Made by a program: the position numbers and the translations under genes. A model generated the notes under the pieces. That model did no database searches, was not told where the DNA came from, and saw only the letters and a list, made by a program, of their open reading frames with translations. This document shows, piece by piece, positions 37,671 through 50,300 of a DNA stretch of 52,767 nucleotides. The stretch spans positions 22,271 through 75,037 of the forward strand of contig NMRA01000417.1 in the NCBI GenBank assembly GCA_002633005.1, given 5' to 3'. Numbering within the stretch: the first letter of the stretch is position 1; each line of letters starts with the position of its first letter. This DNA comes from Phoronis australis. Taxonomy: Eukaryota; Animalia; Phoronida.

Positions 37671-37960
37671 TCACGTCTGGAAAAGTTGCTGAATGACAGA
37701 ACGCTGTAATGATATAAGATCTTTTTCCTCCATAGTCGCATGTCTGTTGAATTTTGTAACACTGGGATTGTTGTAGCTCCATGTAGACAAATACTGTTTC
37801 CTGAGGTCATCGTAAAATGGACATTTGGTAACAAAATGATATTCTGACTCGATACGTGGCCTAACATAGAGAGGGCTAACTTGTGCGATGAAATCTCAAG
37901 TCCATTTTCACCATGATTAATGCAAACCCCATCGAAACTCAGGGATGCGAAATCGATATC
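37671..37960 (-). mobile_element. RTEX-like non-LTR retrotransposon C-terminal zinc-knuckle remnant; duplicate at about 39846-40135
   Basis: Minus frame PLYVRPRIESEYHFVTKCPFYDDLRKQYLSTWSYNNPSVTKF resembles the IExEYHFxxxCPxYxxLRxxYL..PSxxKF motif. Confidence 0.65.
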
Positions 37961-40900
37961 AACATATTTAATAAACAGATACAATATTTAAGATCAAGAT
38001 TTCTTTTTTCACATGTTTTATACAAACTCTAAAAGCAAATTTAATCCATTCATTGATCAAAAGACTATTCTAGTATTAACAACAGGCATGTGCTGGTAGA
38101 CCACTGGTCAGACTGTGGCTAGTAAAAGAGGTCTGAAGCAGTACTGTGGCTATAATCATTAAGCACAAATGCAGCAGGTAAGGTTCAACTTTTTGTGATC
38201 AGTTGGGTAGTAACCCTCCAAGTATTACTGAAGACCACCACCTGACCTGTCTGGATAGTAATATTTAATTTTGTTTACTCTTGACTGTTGGAAAGTGTTA
38301 GCAATGTTTACTAGGAGTAGATAACTCTGAAAATTAGCTTTCTGAACTGTAGAGTCCAAATCATGAAAGGGTGATTGCTGATGGAATGGGTCATCATATG
38401 NCCCGGTAATTAACATATACGGCGGAAACAGGATTGAAATGTGTGTAGTTTTAATGTGTTTGGAGGGGGGGCGGGGCTCAGATCCAATTTAAAGTGTCAA
38501 ATTCGGAACAAGGCTCAATCGTAACAGAACTATGGCTAAGTATAGGCTCCCCGCGATATCCCAGGCGACCGGCAGTGGCGCTGCGCACTACAACTCCGTT
38601 TCTGTCGTCTGCTTCACTGTTTAAAGAAAATGGTATCTGAGTGACAATGAAAAAACAGAAGCTGCTGTGGACCATAAACAAGTAGGTCTATCAGTATCTA
38701 TTTACGAGTGAAATTCATGGTAGTGTAGTGGTAAAGCATGCGTGCTCTAAACGCCAGGTCGTAAGTTCGAGTCTGTGGTAATTGCAGTTTTTCAAGTTTG
38801 ACACGTTCTCCGTGTTTTTTATTTCTTTGCCTTTTTTCTTGGATAATACTTCAGGAATCAAGGAAAATGCTTGATTTTTAGAGGAAAAAACAGAAAATTT
38901 TTCCTGGGCGGGAGAGGGGTTTACCTCCCCCCATTCAGTGCTATGCGCATCTATAATCGTGCTTTGTGCAAAGGTTTACAGACAAAATGTTGGGCTCCCC
39001 CTTGTGATATCCTCAATCCGCCACTGTTTTCTCAGTCAGATTAAAAGATAGGGAAAAGTTAATACATGCTTTGAAAGCTATCTGTAAGACCCATCAATTG
39101 ATGTATTAATTATTTTTCTAGGATGAACATTTTTTCACAATTGATCAAAATGTCCGTTCGTCACAAATCTAATTTCCCACATATACATATAATTCAATAA
39201 CTAGGCCTCTGGCCCTTGTTACAATCAAATTATCAAATACAGTACAGGTAATTGTCAAACACTAACAGTAACACGAACTCTTCTTCGATTGAATGCGAAA
39301 AGAACATATTACATGTTGACCACATGATGGTGACATCCCGTTGCTCCCAACTTGTTGATTCTGTAGCCCAACGAGAAGTTGGGAAGTTTACCCCCATAAG
39401 CAATATCTTACAGGACTGATTTAAACTCCATTCTGGCATTTATGGTTGGAGGGCCTCCGCTCTTTTGTTCGATAATTGCTCTAATCTTCGCTTAGATCGT
39501 ATCGCCTGACTGGCTGGGCTGATAAAAATTAGAGTTAAGCTATGACATATTTGAGCTTAAACCAATAGCATTTCTGAATTCTTCGTCAGATGCTAATCAT
39601 GTTCCGTTTTTGAATCACCAAAAATCGCCCAACTACAAGAGAAGTTAAGACAATCTATTCTGTCCAAACTGATTACCAATGCACTGGGTTTGACCGTGTT
39701 CATACGCATTCGGTAATAGCGTGCAATCACCATACGTTTCCTTTGAAGGCTGGGAGATAATTGGACTGCTTGTTTTCATACGGGACAAAAGACTGAGCTG
39801 GGCAGTTAACAAAAGAGCCAGATGTTATTGCACGTTCAGCACCCCTCACGTCTGGAAAAGTTGCTGAACGACGGAACGCTGTAATGATATAAGATCTTTT
39901 TCCTCCTTAGTCGCATGTCTGTTGAATTTTGTAAGACTGGGATTGTTGTAGCTCCATGTAGACAAATACTGTTTCCTGAGGTCATCGTAAAATGGACATT
40001 CGGTAACAAAATGATATTCTGACTCGATACGTGGCCTAACATAGAGAGGGCTAACTTGTGCAATGAAATCTCAAGTCCATTTTCACCATGATTAATGCAA
40101 ACCCCATCGAAACTCAGGGATGCGAAATCGATATCAACATATTTAATAAACAGATACAATATCTAAGATCAAGATTTCTTTTTTCACATGTTTTATACAA
40201 ACTCTAAAAGCAAATTTAATCCATTCATTGATCAAAAGACTATTCTAGTATTAACAACAGGCATGTGCTGGTAGAGCACTGGTCAGACTGTGGCTAGTAA
40301 AAGAGGTCTGAAGCAGTACTGTGGCTATAATCATTAAGCACAAATGCAGCAGGTAAGGTTCAACTTTTTGTGATCAGTTGGTTAGTAACCCTCCAAGTAT
40401 TACTGAAGACCACCACCTGACCTGTCTGAATAGTAATATTTAATTTTGTTTACTCTTGACTGTTGGAAAGTGTTAGCAATGTTTACTAGGAGTAGATAAC
40501 GACTCTGAAAATTAGCTTTCTGAACTGTAGAGTCCAAATCATGAAAGGGTGATTGCTGATGGAATGGGTCATCATATGCCAGATGTTTCAAACTTGTTCT
40601 TGATTGATGGCGAGTCTGCACTAGAAAATTCGGGTATCTGGTCTTTCTAATGAATGTGATGAGTTTATTGGATATCAATATTTTTGTGGTGGTAACGTCA
40701 ACGTATGTTATTCATAAGAGCGATAGTTGGAAAATTAAGTATAATTAAATGTATTTATCAGTACTTCTTTTTTATCCGATTCCGGTTTAAGTGCAGAAAG
40801 GTGAAATATTTTTATCAGAAAAACTGTCCCACGCCGCAAGAATAAATCTTTTAAGTACATACAGCAGGTACACTTACGGTAAGTGAACTGTAGACATTTG

Positions 40901-41841
40901 GAGGTTATGAACACCCATGTCATAATGTTCATGCATATTCATGATTTGTTGTGTTCTCCACAACAAAAAATTAAAACTCGATGGCAATTACAAAATTCAT
41001 GTTCGTGTTCAATAGTCCGTGTTCACACTGTGGGAAGTTTGTGTGTTCAGTCTTGGAGCATGTGCGCTGAACAGGTATGAACAGTTCAAAATGTTCTAAT
41101 TAGCTTAAGAAATGATTCGGCTCAGTTACTCCATGCATTGGTTTTCAAACTGAACGCATGTAAGCCAAACTAACCAAGGGAATATTCAAATTCAACACAG
41201 CAATGAGTCTGAATAGGTTGTGTAGAACATTTATATGTACGGTAGACATTTGAGTGAGTTAAATTTATTTCTCAGAACTTCTGGTATGTGTAGGTTGTGA
41301 ATATCCATAATGTGCTGGGATCTTCATCGTGAGTACAACAGAATTTGAACAGGTAAAATTTATTGCTTAGAACTGTGGGCCTGGAGGTTAATTTCCTGGG
41401 ATATTCATGGCACCAACAGTAGACACTTGAGTGAGTGAAGTTTATTGTTTAGATCTATGTGGAGCTTGTGAATATCTATTATGTAAAAGGTACAAATAAC
41501 ATTAACACACAAAGCTCTCCAAGAGGGTTTTTGGAGATTTCCACCTGTACTGCTGATCACTAAAGTGGACTTTGCCTCTGTTGACTTCTCTTACATGTTA
41601 CGATTGGGACAGTGGTCTATGTTCTGTACTAGGTACTGAACTTATGGGGGAAAGGTGGCTTGCTAAGTGTGTGACATTTTTGTCAATTGAGTCTGTACAG
41701 ATATTTGATTGTCTGGAACTGCATTATGTACTTTAAATGTTACAAATGACTGATAGCAATATTTGGACAATTTATTCAGATTGTGTAAAATATTGATTGC
41801 TTTGTTTTGCAGATCTCTCAGGCGCTCTGTGGACTTTCACC

Positions 41842-42108
41842 ATGAGGTATATCTGTGTTGCCATTTTGTTAGTCTTTACCACCACCTGTTGTCAATCTGA
41901 TTTGATACGCCAGTTTTACACTGATGAACTGCTACATCTGTTTGGTAACAACAAGAGTTTAAATGTTGACCAGTTGGAGGCACTGCTGCATGCTGTTAAG
42001 GCGACACTGAAGCAACAGTACGAAAAGCAAAGCCAGACCTCCACCAATGGACATGACATATGTAGCAAGGCGTCGTGGGTAGACAAGGTGCACTGCAGGA
42101 GAACTAAG
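41842..42108 (+). CDS. LIV-1 subfamily ZIP metal transporter (SLC39A8/SLC39A14-like), first coding exon: signal peptide and ectodomain
   Basis: Acceptor ttgctttgttttgcAG at 41812; caccATG at 41842; signal peptide MRYICVAILLVFTTTCCQS; LFGNNKSLNVDQLEALL resembles the ZIP8/14 YGENxSLTxxQLxxLL segment; donor AAG|gtatg, phase 0 (89 codons). Confidence 0.85.
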
Positions 42109-42299
42109 GTATGTTTTCTTATACTCATTTCATGGAACGGTGTCAGGCTTGACATATCTCAATTCGCCAAATGTGACCTTGCAAAACTCCCAGGTTGGCA
42201 AATGGGAATTGACGTTGCCAAAACGACAAACGCCCCTTGCAGGGTCTTTGCGAAACTTAACAAGTGTTTTCCTAGGAAGGTGACAAAAAATGGTGACTA

Positions 42300-43570
42300 A
42301 TTTTAGATGGATCTGACTATCACTGTGCCTTTTGATGGCATTTTTTGTTTTAAGGTTACACCTGTATTTTTAGGGTTCCTTGGCGGATTTTCATGAAATT
42401 TTGTCAGATAGGCTTCTATTAAAGACCCTACATAACGACCAAATGACTTTTGAACATGTTAAATATCTGTATCATTGATCGAAACAAACATATCATCCCT
42501 CCCTTTACTCCTGGCATTAGCTAATTACGCCAATTACTATCGTACGACCCCATCATGAACCCCATTTAGCGCCGAAAAAAACTTTAGGTGGCGCTCGTTC
42601 TAATCGACGCAAATGACGTCATCGTTGATACCCAATACCTATCGAACAGTCCGTTGCCACAGGAAGCTTACCTTACGGTGTCTGGTGCATATTTCAAGTC
42701 ACAGATTTTCAAAATTACAACTGTTAGAGACAACCAAGCTCAAATACTATACGACACTTATCTCGACACTTCCACGTGCATATAATATCCTACAACTCAC
42801 TGTCCCTTGATAGTTTNTAATGTGTTGCTCGTTCTCAACGATGATGTCAATAGGCCAGTCTACTGTGATTCGTCGAGAGAATAAAAGGGGTTTCTGATGG
42901 GGGCACATAATATGGGGGGCACAAAATGCGTAGTAATTAGTTAGTGGTTGTGTAGAATAAAACGGAACAAAGATATGTTGCACAAAAGTACATGTATTTA
43001 ACATATCTAAAAGGCAGTTGGCTCATTTTCTAGGGACTTTAAGGAGAGAGCGATGTATTTCCATTTTCATGTTTACCTGTATTCTGCACCACCTAGTGGA
43101 CCTTTTTATTATGTATCTGTCAAACCGCTTTTACGATCAGTATGAAAATTGACTTCCTGATTCGAACAGCTGTTTTTTCTTTAACACCTTTGTTTAGAAT
43201 GTACAAATCGCAAAGTAATAATTACAGAAAACCATTTGATGCCAATTACACATTTTTAAGTTAAGGATATCACAAATTTTATTCACAAAAATTGACTGTT
43301 TTTACAATATTTCACATACCGGTATGTCTAGCAAAATACCCTATATTTGGTCTCGGGGAACTTCACATACGATGTATTTCCATTTTCATGTGGACCACCT
43401 AGTGGCACTTTTCATTATATATTTGTCAAACCGCTTCAAGGATCAATATGAAAATTGTCATCCTGACCCGAACAGGTGTTTTTGTCTTCAACATCTTTAT
43501 TTAGTTTAGACCGCACAAATTGCTAAGTTATTGCTAGTACAGAAAACCATTTGTTGCCAATTACACATTT
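42300..43570. repeat. Diverged copy of the CTCF-motif repeat family, with a Kolobok insertion and a local ~200-bp duplication
   Basis: 42301-42418 aligns with about 15730-15850 (..ttttcatgaaattt..). It resumes at 43043, with CCACCTAGTGG at about 43088 and 43395; 43052-43257 is similar to 43371-43572. Confidence 0.6.
42423..43038. mobile_element. Kolobok-type foldback MITE
   Basis: TTAA at 42419-42422 and 43039-43042; termini AGACCCTA and TAGGGACT; imperfect inverted arms of about 150 bp (tgttaaata/tatttaaca; ccccatca.gaacccc/gggg.ttctgatgggg). Confidence 0.72.
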
Positions 43571-43668
43571 TTTACAATATTTCTCATATGTCTAGTAAAA
43601 TACCTTTATCTTCAGTAACTTGAAATATGAAATATGTACCGTGTAGCGAGAAAACAAGATTTAGCTGA

Positions 43669-43848
43669 CAGGGATCGATTTGGCAACCTGCAGGTCACCA
43701 AGGCAACCTCAGATTGTCTTTGGTGACCTGGTAAAAACCTCAAGTCAACGATATCTACGCCGGATTGACTACCCTGAGATTTTCAATTTTGGGGATTTTT
43801 GCCAGGTCGTCAAATGCGACTTGGCATTAAGCTAAAGGTTGAGCACTG
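43669..43848. mobile_element. Small hAT-like MITE
   Basis: Termini CAGGGATCGA and TTGAGCACTG; flanks tagctga and tagcaga duplicate the host site gatttagcagaacc; CAGGTCG/GCGAC subterminal motifs. Confidence 0.6.
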
Positions 43849-44264
43849 TAGCAGAACCATCTTGCTGGTCTTCAACGGTGTGGAAATTTGTTTACTTCAT
43901 ATCCAAGGTCAAAGGTTACATGAGCTTCACTCAAATCGAATCTCCCACTTGGGTTGTACACTTCCCACACATCACAGTCCTTTCTTTCAAAAAGTCGCCA
44001 TAGTTGATGAGGTGTACATAGCATGGAAAGATCCTGTGGATAACAAAGGCATAACGTATGTTTGATCATGAGTGAGTTGAACGTCTGCATGTACATAACA
44101 CTGTTCATAACGTTACGATGAATGAACTGAGTCATTGTATGGAGAGGGCTGGCCTACCACGAACACAGCAAGTTGTGGAAAAAGATATCCTCACCCAAAT
44201 TCATTCACTTCACTGGTAATATGACGTTTTACTGTTTCGATCTCGTGCTCACGGCGCACTTTAA

Positions 44265-45624
44265 GGTTATCTCCAACCTTATTCACAAAAAGGCCATTTT
44301 ACAATATCTCACATGTGTCTAGTAAAATACCTTATCTTTATTCTCGGGGAACAACAAATACAAAACATATACTGCGTAATGAGAAAAAAAGATTTAACAG
44401 AACCACCTCGGAACCGCACAGTCGCGTGGATATTAATGTTTACTACTTATCCGAGGTGAAAGGTTAAAGGGATTTCAATCAAGTACAGTATAGCTTCGTA
44501 TACCCTCGGTCCTTTCATTCACAAAATCGCCGTAAAATTGAGTAAACGAGGTGTACTTATTGTAGAATGGTGCCAGGGAAAACAAAGACAAAATATAGCT
44601 TTGATCCCAAGGGAGTTGTGCGTCTACATGCATACGACTGTTGGAGTTGAGAACGAATGCTATTGTCGTCTCAGGCCTCTGTGGTCATGAACACAGCTAA
44701 TTGTGAAAAGAGATAAATCCTCACCCTAATTCCTTCCTTCAATTAATAAATTGACATTTCAATGTTTTGGTCTCATGCTAGCGACATGCTTTAACCACCG
44801 ATTCAATCTTTGTTATCCATTTCTTACTTGGTTTCGTATCAGTCTCCCAGCACGTGACGTGTACAGGCTATGTGTTTAACAATGAACTATTTACATATAA
44901 AAGTAGGTCCAATGCTCGCAAACAACAGTACTTAGCTGGGATCGGTACGTTTTAATACTAATTAAGTTCATTATGCACTGCAGAATCAGTTGACAAAGCA
45001 AGTGAATGTTGAAATAGCGAACATATTTATGGCTTGTATAGGTTATGTGTACTGAAAACAAGCTTTTACTGAATAATTAAGTGAAGACTTTGAGATTTTC
45101 ACTTGTCCCAGTTTAATCCGCTTTTTCTCGGCTTCGGCAAATCAATTTCATTAACTTAAGAACACGAGTTTTCGAAAACGGCTCAAGAACGCTTTTAGGA
45201 TTTTCGATGTAAAGGCCTATTTTTTGCGTAATGTTACAAAGACGAATACGACTTCCATTTTTTACAAAGATACCTTACGTTTTGCGAGTTGATTTGTCAT
45301 AGAAACCAAACAAAAAGGCTAATCGAAAATTCCTAACAGCGTTTTTGAGGTAATTGGTGAAGTTTTCATTTAAAAAAAAGTTTCATTAAAATCGACCAAA
45401 GGGTTATTTTGGTATGAAATGTACTTTTTTTAAAAATAAAATTTTGACTGCAAAAAGGTTTTTACGTAAAAATAATAATGTTACATTATTACAAAAAGCA
45501 TTTTCATATTCCCTAATCTTTTTCCTTTCACAAAATATATACTTCTACTTGTTGATAAAGCTTAGTTTTTTGATATACGAGTTAGAATAGAGCCTGAATC
45601 CACTCAATAAGGTTGGAGATAACC
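44265..45624. mobile_element. Kolobok-type element, same family, copy 3 (nested in its own family)
   Basis: Perfect 19-bp TIR GGTTATCTCCAACCTTATT; TTAA TSD at 44261-44264 and 45625-45628. Confidence 0.92.
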
Positions 45625-46897
45625 TTAACCACCGATACTGTATTTTTATTCTATATTTCTCACTTGGTTTCTTTCAGTCTCCCCGGCCTCGTGCTTCGGC
45701 ATGTGTTGTGTGCTAGTACTGTCGACCTATTTTAATTGGTCAACGGGTAAACTCCTCCCCTAACCAAGTTAATTAAACACTGCCAGTTCATTACGAGTAA
45801 ATGTTTAAATATTTTACAAGGTAATAGCGTTAATAGGTTATATTGAGCAAAAATGTTTTGACCTAATAATTAGTTGGAAACTTTCCAATTTTCACGATTT
45901 GTAATGTTGCCACGTTGACGGGTTTTTCTCGGATTCGGAAAATGGACTTGATTTTTAGTTCTTGGAATTGGCTGAGTGAATTTCACCGAAACTTTTCAAT
46001 TTTAATATTTATTCACCAGTCTTAAGATTGCTGTTACGAATTTCCTTGTAAACACCTAGTTTTTGCGTACCATAAGGTTGGCAAATATGGCTGCTATGTA
46101 TTACAAAAATACTTCACATTTTGCGAGTTGATTTGGCATAGAAGCAAGTTAAACCAAAGGAGTAATCGAAAATTCCTAACAGCGTTTTTTGAGGTAAATT
46201 GTGAAGTTTTCATTTAAGAGGGGTTACATTAAAATCCGCTAAGGGGAAATTTTGCTATGAAATGTACCTTTCTTAAACACTGGTAACGTATTAATAATAA
46301 CGGCACATAAATAAAAATCATATTGCTATATAATCTCTGATCTTTTGTCTTTCAGAAAATATATACTTTTATTGGTTGACATAGCCTGTTTTTTGACAGC
46401 TAGGGGTAAAATGTTCAACACACCGCATATGTTTACTTATTCATTTTGTACTACTCTCAGCAAATCAATCGTGATGACTCCTTTGAATTACAACAATTCT
46501 GGAAGCTCAGTGGCCTTTCTAAATTTAAAAAGTTAGTTCCTAGAGACACTTAAGATGTGATGTATATAATATGATAAAGTTCATTGTAAAGCGTAAACAT
46601 TTGACCTGTTATGTCAATGTAATTGAGATTTCACCATATCCAAACTTGGTTGAAACTTAGAATTATGTCATTCAGTTGTGTAAAAAACAATAAAACTGAA
46701 TTATAGGGCAGATCAAGACATGCACTGGGGACTTTTTTCTCTTCTTGTTTGTCTTGATATGATGTAGAAAATGTTAAAGTTATATAGGAGCCCAGTGACT
46801 AACTTTGGGGTTGCCAAACAAAATATGAGGTGATATTTGTGATCTGCAGCTCGCCAAATGGAGCGCTGTAATATGCAGCAGCAGTCATCTCTTTTTA

Positions 46898-47065
46898 ATT
46901 TATGACGTGGTCATATACATCTTCAGTACTCAGTCCTTTCTGTTTATGTTATGACTAGGTCATCAGCACTCAGTCCTTTCTGTCGATTTTATGATTTGGT
47001 CATGTACATCAGCACTCAGTCCTTTCTGTTGATGTTATGACTTGGCCATGACAGCACTCAGTTTA
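46898..47065. repeat. Intronic minisatellite, about 40-50-bp unit, about 4 copies
   Basis: Repeated TTATGAC.TGGTCAT..CAGCACTCAGTCCTTTCTGT. Confidence 0.85.
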
Positions 47066-47184
47066 CTCTGTTATAGCTCTGACACGGTCATTTGTTGCAC
47101 CAATCAGTCTGTGAAGTGATAAAAAAGGCAACCACAGGCAAACACTGGCGTTTGAACTCTACATGCTATCTTTTCTATTTACAG

Positions 47185-47356
47185 TGTCTAGACTCTAAGT
47201 CAATCTACCAGCTACACAACATCTCGGAAACAACCTCTGTGAACAGCTCCACCTTTAGGGAGATCTGTCCAACGTTGCTGTACCAGGCTCAGAATAAAGA
47301 CACCTGTCAGAACTACTCGTCCCATGTCGCTCAAGAAAAGGACAATAAATCCAAAG
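47185..47356 (+). CDS. SLC39A8/SLC39A14-like zinc transporter, second coding exon (PAL-motif domain)
   Basis: Acceptor cttttctatttacAG, phase 0, matching the upstream exon. CLDSKSIYQLHNISETTSVNSSTFREICPTLLYQAQNKDTC matches the LIV-1 CPALLxQ motif (ZIP14 CPTILQQ). Donor AAG|gtatt, phase 1. TM-domain exons were not found in the window. Confidence 0.9.
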
Positions 47357-50300
47357 GTATTTATGACCTTATGATGAAAATAATCCTTATTAGTGCAGGT
47401 TAGTCGGATGGTTTTCAGACATTTTAAATAATATTTTCTTACCTTTAGTTTGTGATGTTTCTTGAATATTGACACATATAGACCTTTAAGTGTTGTTGTT
47501 TTACTCTGGTTGGCTGAGAGCTGCCACTGGTACTCACTCTTTATCAAGGTCAGCGTATTGTAAAAAGTTCACCAATGTCAGTGTGCAGTAAAATCTCACC
47601 AATTTTGGGCAAAAATGATAACCCTTATTATTGTTTCTTCATTTTTCAAAGGTTTTAATTGTAGTGATTGCCCACATAACATTAGCTATCATGCCATGAA
47701 CATTCCCACTAAACGAGATAACGTCACAACCCCACTGATCAGGGAAAACTGTGGGGTTTGGCTGATTGAACTAGACTGTATTTATCCACCTTGGCTGTGT
47801 TGCGCTCAGCTCACGATCAAAGGGATCCCGCCTAGCAGCTCTATTCATCGAGTCACCAGCGAGGATAATTGGCCTCGCTCATGCGGATACAATCAGCTGA
47901 TTACAATCTAGCGTATATGACCGTACTTTTTATGAAGAGCGTTTTACGTAGTTTTGAGTGTAATATTTGAAAAGAGGAGAGAAAAAAAAATGTTGGTACA
48001 ATTTTGAACTTTTCAAATCGGCCCAGAATTAGAGATTTAGCAACACAGCAACACTCACGATTACTTTCATTCGGCGTGCACAAATACAATAATATAGGGC
48101 CCAAGTTATTTAGATTTTGGAACACATACGTTGCAATATTCAAAATACGTTTATTATAGCTCTTACAAGCTGTAAAACGACGTTGTTTAATTTCATTGTG
48201 CTCTTTATTTTGTCATCAAATCGGAAATTTCCGAGATGTGATCTGCGGCGTGCGTGTATGTATACAAAACACGGGATCGTTATGTTCCTGAAGTACGAAC
48301 ATTAAGAAACTTTAGCATGCCGTTATTATTGGCAGGGACACAATAAAACGAATTTGGATTTTGCGATAGTCTTGATGCAGGAAGGTGGCTGACTATAGAT
48401 ACCACTGTGTTAGAGTCTTCGTTAGACCCAGAAATTTCACACTTCCCACCTCGTCACCTCGTCCTCAACATGTAGATCGAGCCTAGGACTATTAATGTTT
48501 TACTTCATGGTAGAGCTAACGACCGTCGGCCTGTGTACACAAAATCTGTGAGTTAACTGACACTCACCTTGCACGTTGCAGCCGTTTAAGTGAAAACAAT
48601 CTAATTAACGCCATTTTCTTGCATAATCCTCTGCCTTTTGTAACAAAAGTCTGTCGTAGATGACCTACTCGCGCTCGCTCACTCACTCTCATACGCAGAC
48701 GAACTTCAAAACAAACATCACGTGACAACAACATGTGTATTCATCCAGAGATTTTTTCGTGTTGTGGGGTATGATGTAGCGCAGATTTGGACTTAATCAC
48801 AATTAATCTGGACTCCACATGAACTTAAAAAGTTGTAAAACATAAGGAGGATTTCAGGTAATTTGTTGAGTCGAAACTGTATTTTAAGTTTATTCAAGAA
48901 TTCAAGTTTTCCTGTCGACGATCGCGATTCAGCGACGTATCAGTCGGCAAGTTTTCGCCCTGGGATTTTGGCACAATTTTTGAAAAATGATCATGATTTA
49001 ACAATGGAGTTTGATAGCAATGCACCACAATTTTGTAGAAAGACTGTCATAGGCTACAAATACGTCACAGAGCGTTAATTTGATAAATCGTAGCTTCTGA
49101 TTTGACCCGTTTCGGAAACTGGGTTTCAACTGCCTTAGGCTAGAATAAGCGTCCCCTCCCCGTGAAATGAATTTTTCTAAGCGCCCGGTATACAGCTTTC
49201 CTCCAAGGCTAGGTGATGCTATGACATATTCTTTATTGCTTATACGGATTGTTGCCAGTTTTTCTTGTTTCCATAGCATATTGATGGCGGAAATGAAAAT
49301 GTTGCAAATTTGAATTTTATTGTTTGCATAATCCAGAAAATCAGAGGTCGGTAAACCAAGTTTTTTAAAATATTTTCGGTGAAAGGCTAGCAGAAGATGT
49401 CCACTCTTTCAAAATTGCCATGAAGGTATTAATTATTCCATGCAGCATTATTTAACTGGTCTTGGGTAATTATCATTTTATGGCCTGGTCATCCATTCAG
49501 CGAAAAGTAGTTCCATAGGTGGCTTATCAGCCAATTATTCACGCATGCTGACTCACAACAGAATTCTGATAAGAGTGAAGGTTTATAAATGCAGTGTTCC
49601 AGATATTTTTTGTGGTAGTGGATGTGTTCATGACATGATGGCATGGAACTTAAGAATGATGAAGCATTTTTTAGAACTATATATTTCATAGAAAAAATGA
49701 TAATATAAAATTTCACTAGTGTCCTAAATTGATGAGATTTTACCGTAGCTAATCTATTGATTTCAAAGTTGCTTCAAAGTGATGCTCTGCAAGGGACAAG
49801 GTTGCCGCCATTACATGGTTGACCTTCAAATGACTGTGACCGACCAAGCGGTCCAAAATTAACCTGTCTACCCCGTGCGGTTCAGGGGAAGAGATTACTG
49901 CATATTTTTAGATATCTTTTTGCTGTTAAATAGTATGAGTCGACTGCACAGACGTGTTTCAGGTCCCCAGGACAGTGCTAGAGGTAAGTTTTTAGTGAGC
50001 ACATATTGCAAAACCGCTTGCACATCCTACCATTCACCAAACTGCGCTTACTCACCTGTGTGTGGTTTCTGTCCTTGATAGTGCGTGTCTGTCATATAAC
50101 GTTATTTCATGTGAACTAGCTAATGTCGGGTGTGTTAAAGTTGTGAAACCTTTAATAATTTTGTGGTGTGTTTACTTGACACAACAAGGTGAAAGTGTTC
50201 GAACAGACACTGGTTTGTGTGAGCACACTATTTCAAAGGAATGTTATAATATCAAAAGTTTTAATTGGTGCCTTTTTGCAATGGAGATAATTGCTGTAAA

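Larger units (their letters stand above)
36200..40578. repeat. About 2.2-kb direct duplication (36200-38400 and 38402-40578) joined at a single N
   Basis: Near-identical colinear copies with scattered SNPs and small indels; the breakpoint coincides with the n at 38401. Confidence 0.92.
43265..46400. mobile_element. Older diverged copy of the GGTTATCTCCAACC Kolobok family, hosting two insertions
   Basis: Starts TTAAGGATATCACAAATTTTATTCACAAAAA at 43261; 43573-44260 and 45629-46400 are colinear with copies 1 and 2; the right TIR is eroded. Confidence 0.72.

Noticed and set aside
42109-42300. C-terminal extension of the 167-aa ORF 41797-42300 (and the flanks of ORF 47092-47403)
   Set aside because: Read-through into introns beyond canonical splice sites.
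46898-47065. CRISPR-like appearance of short repeats (also 12022-12307)
   Set aside because: The intervening sequences are themselves repeated, the context is eukaryotic and there are no cas genes; these are minisatellites.
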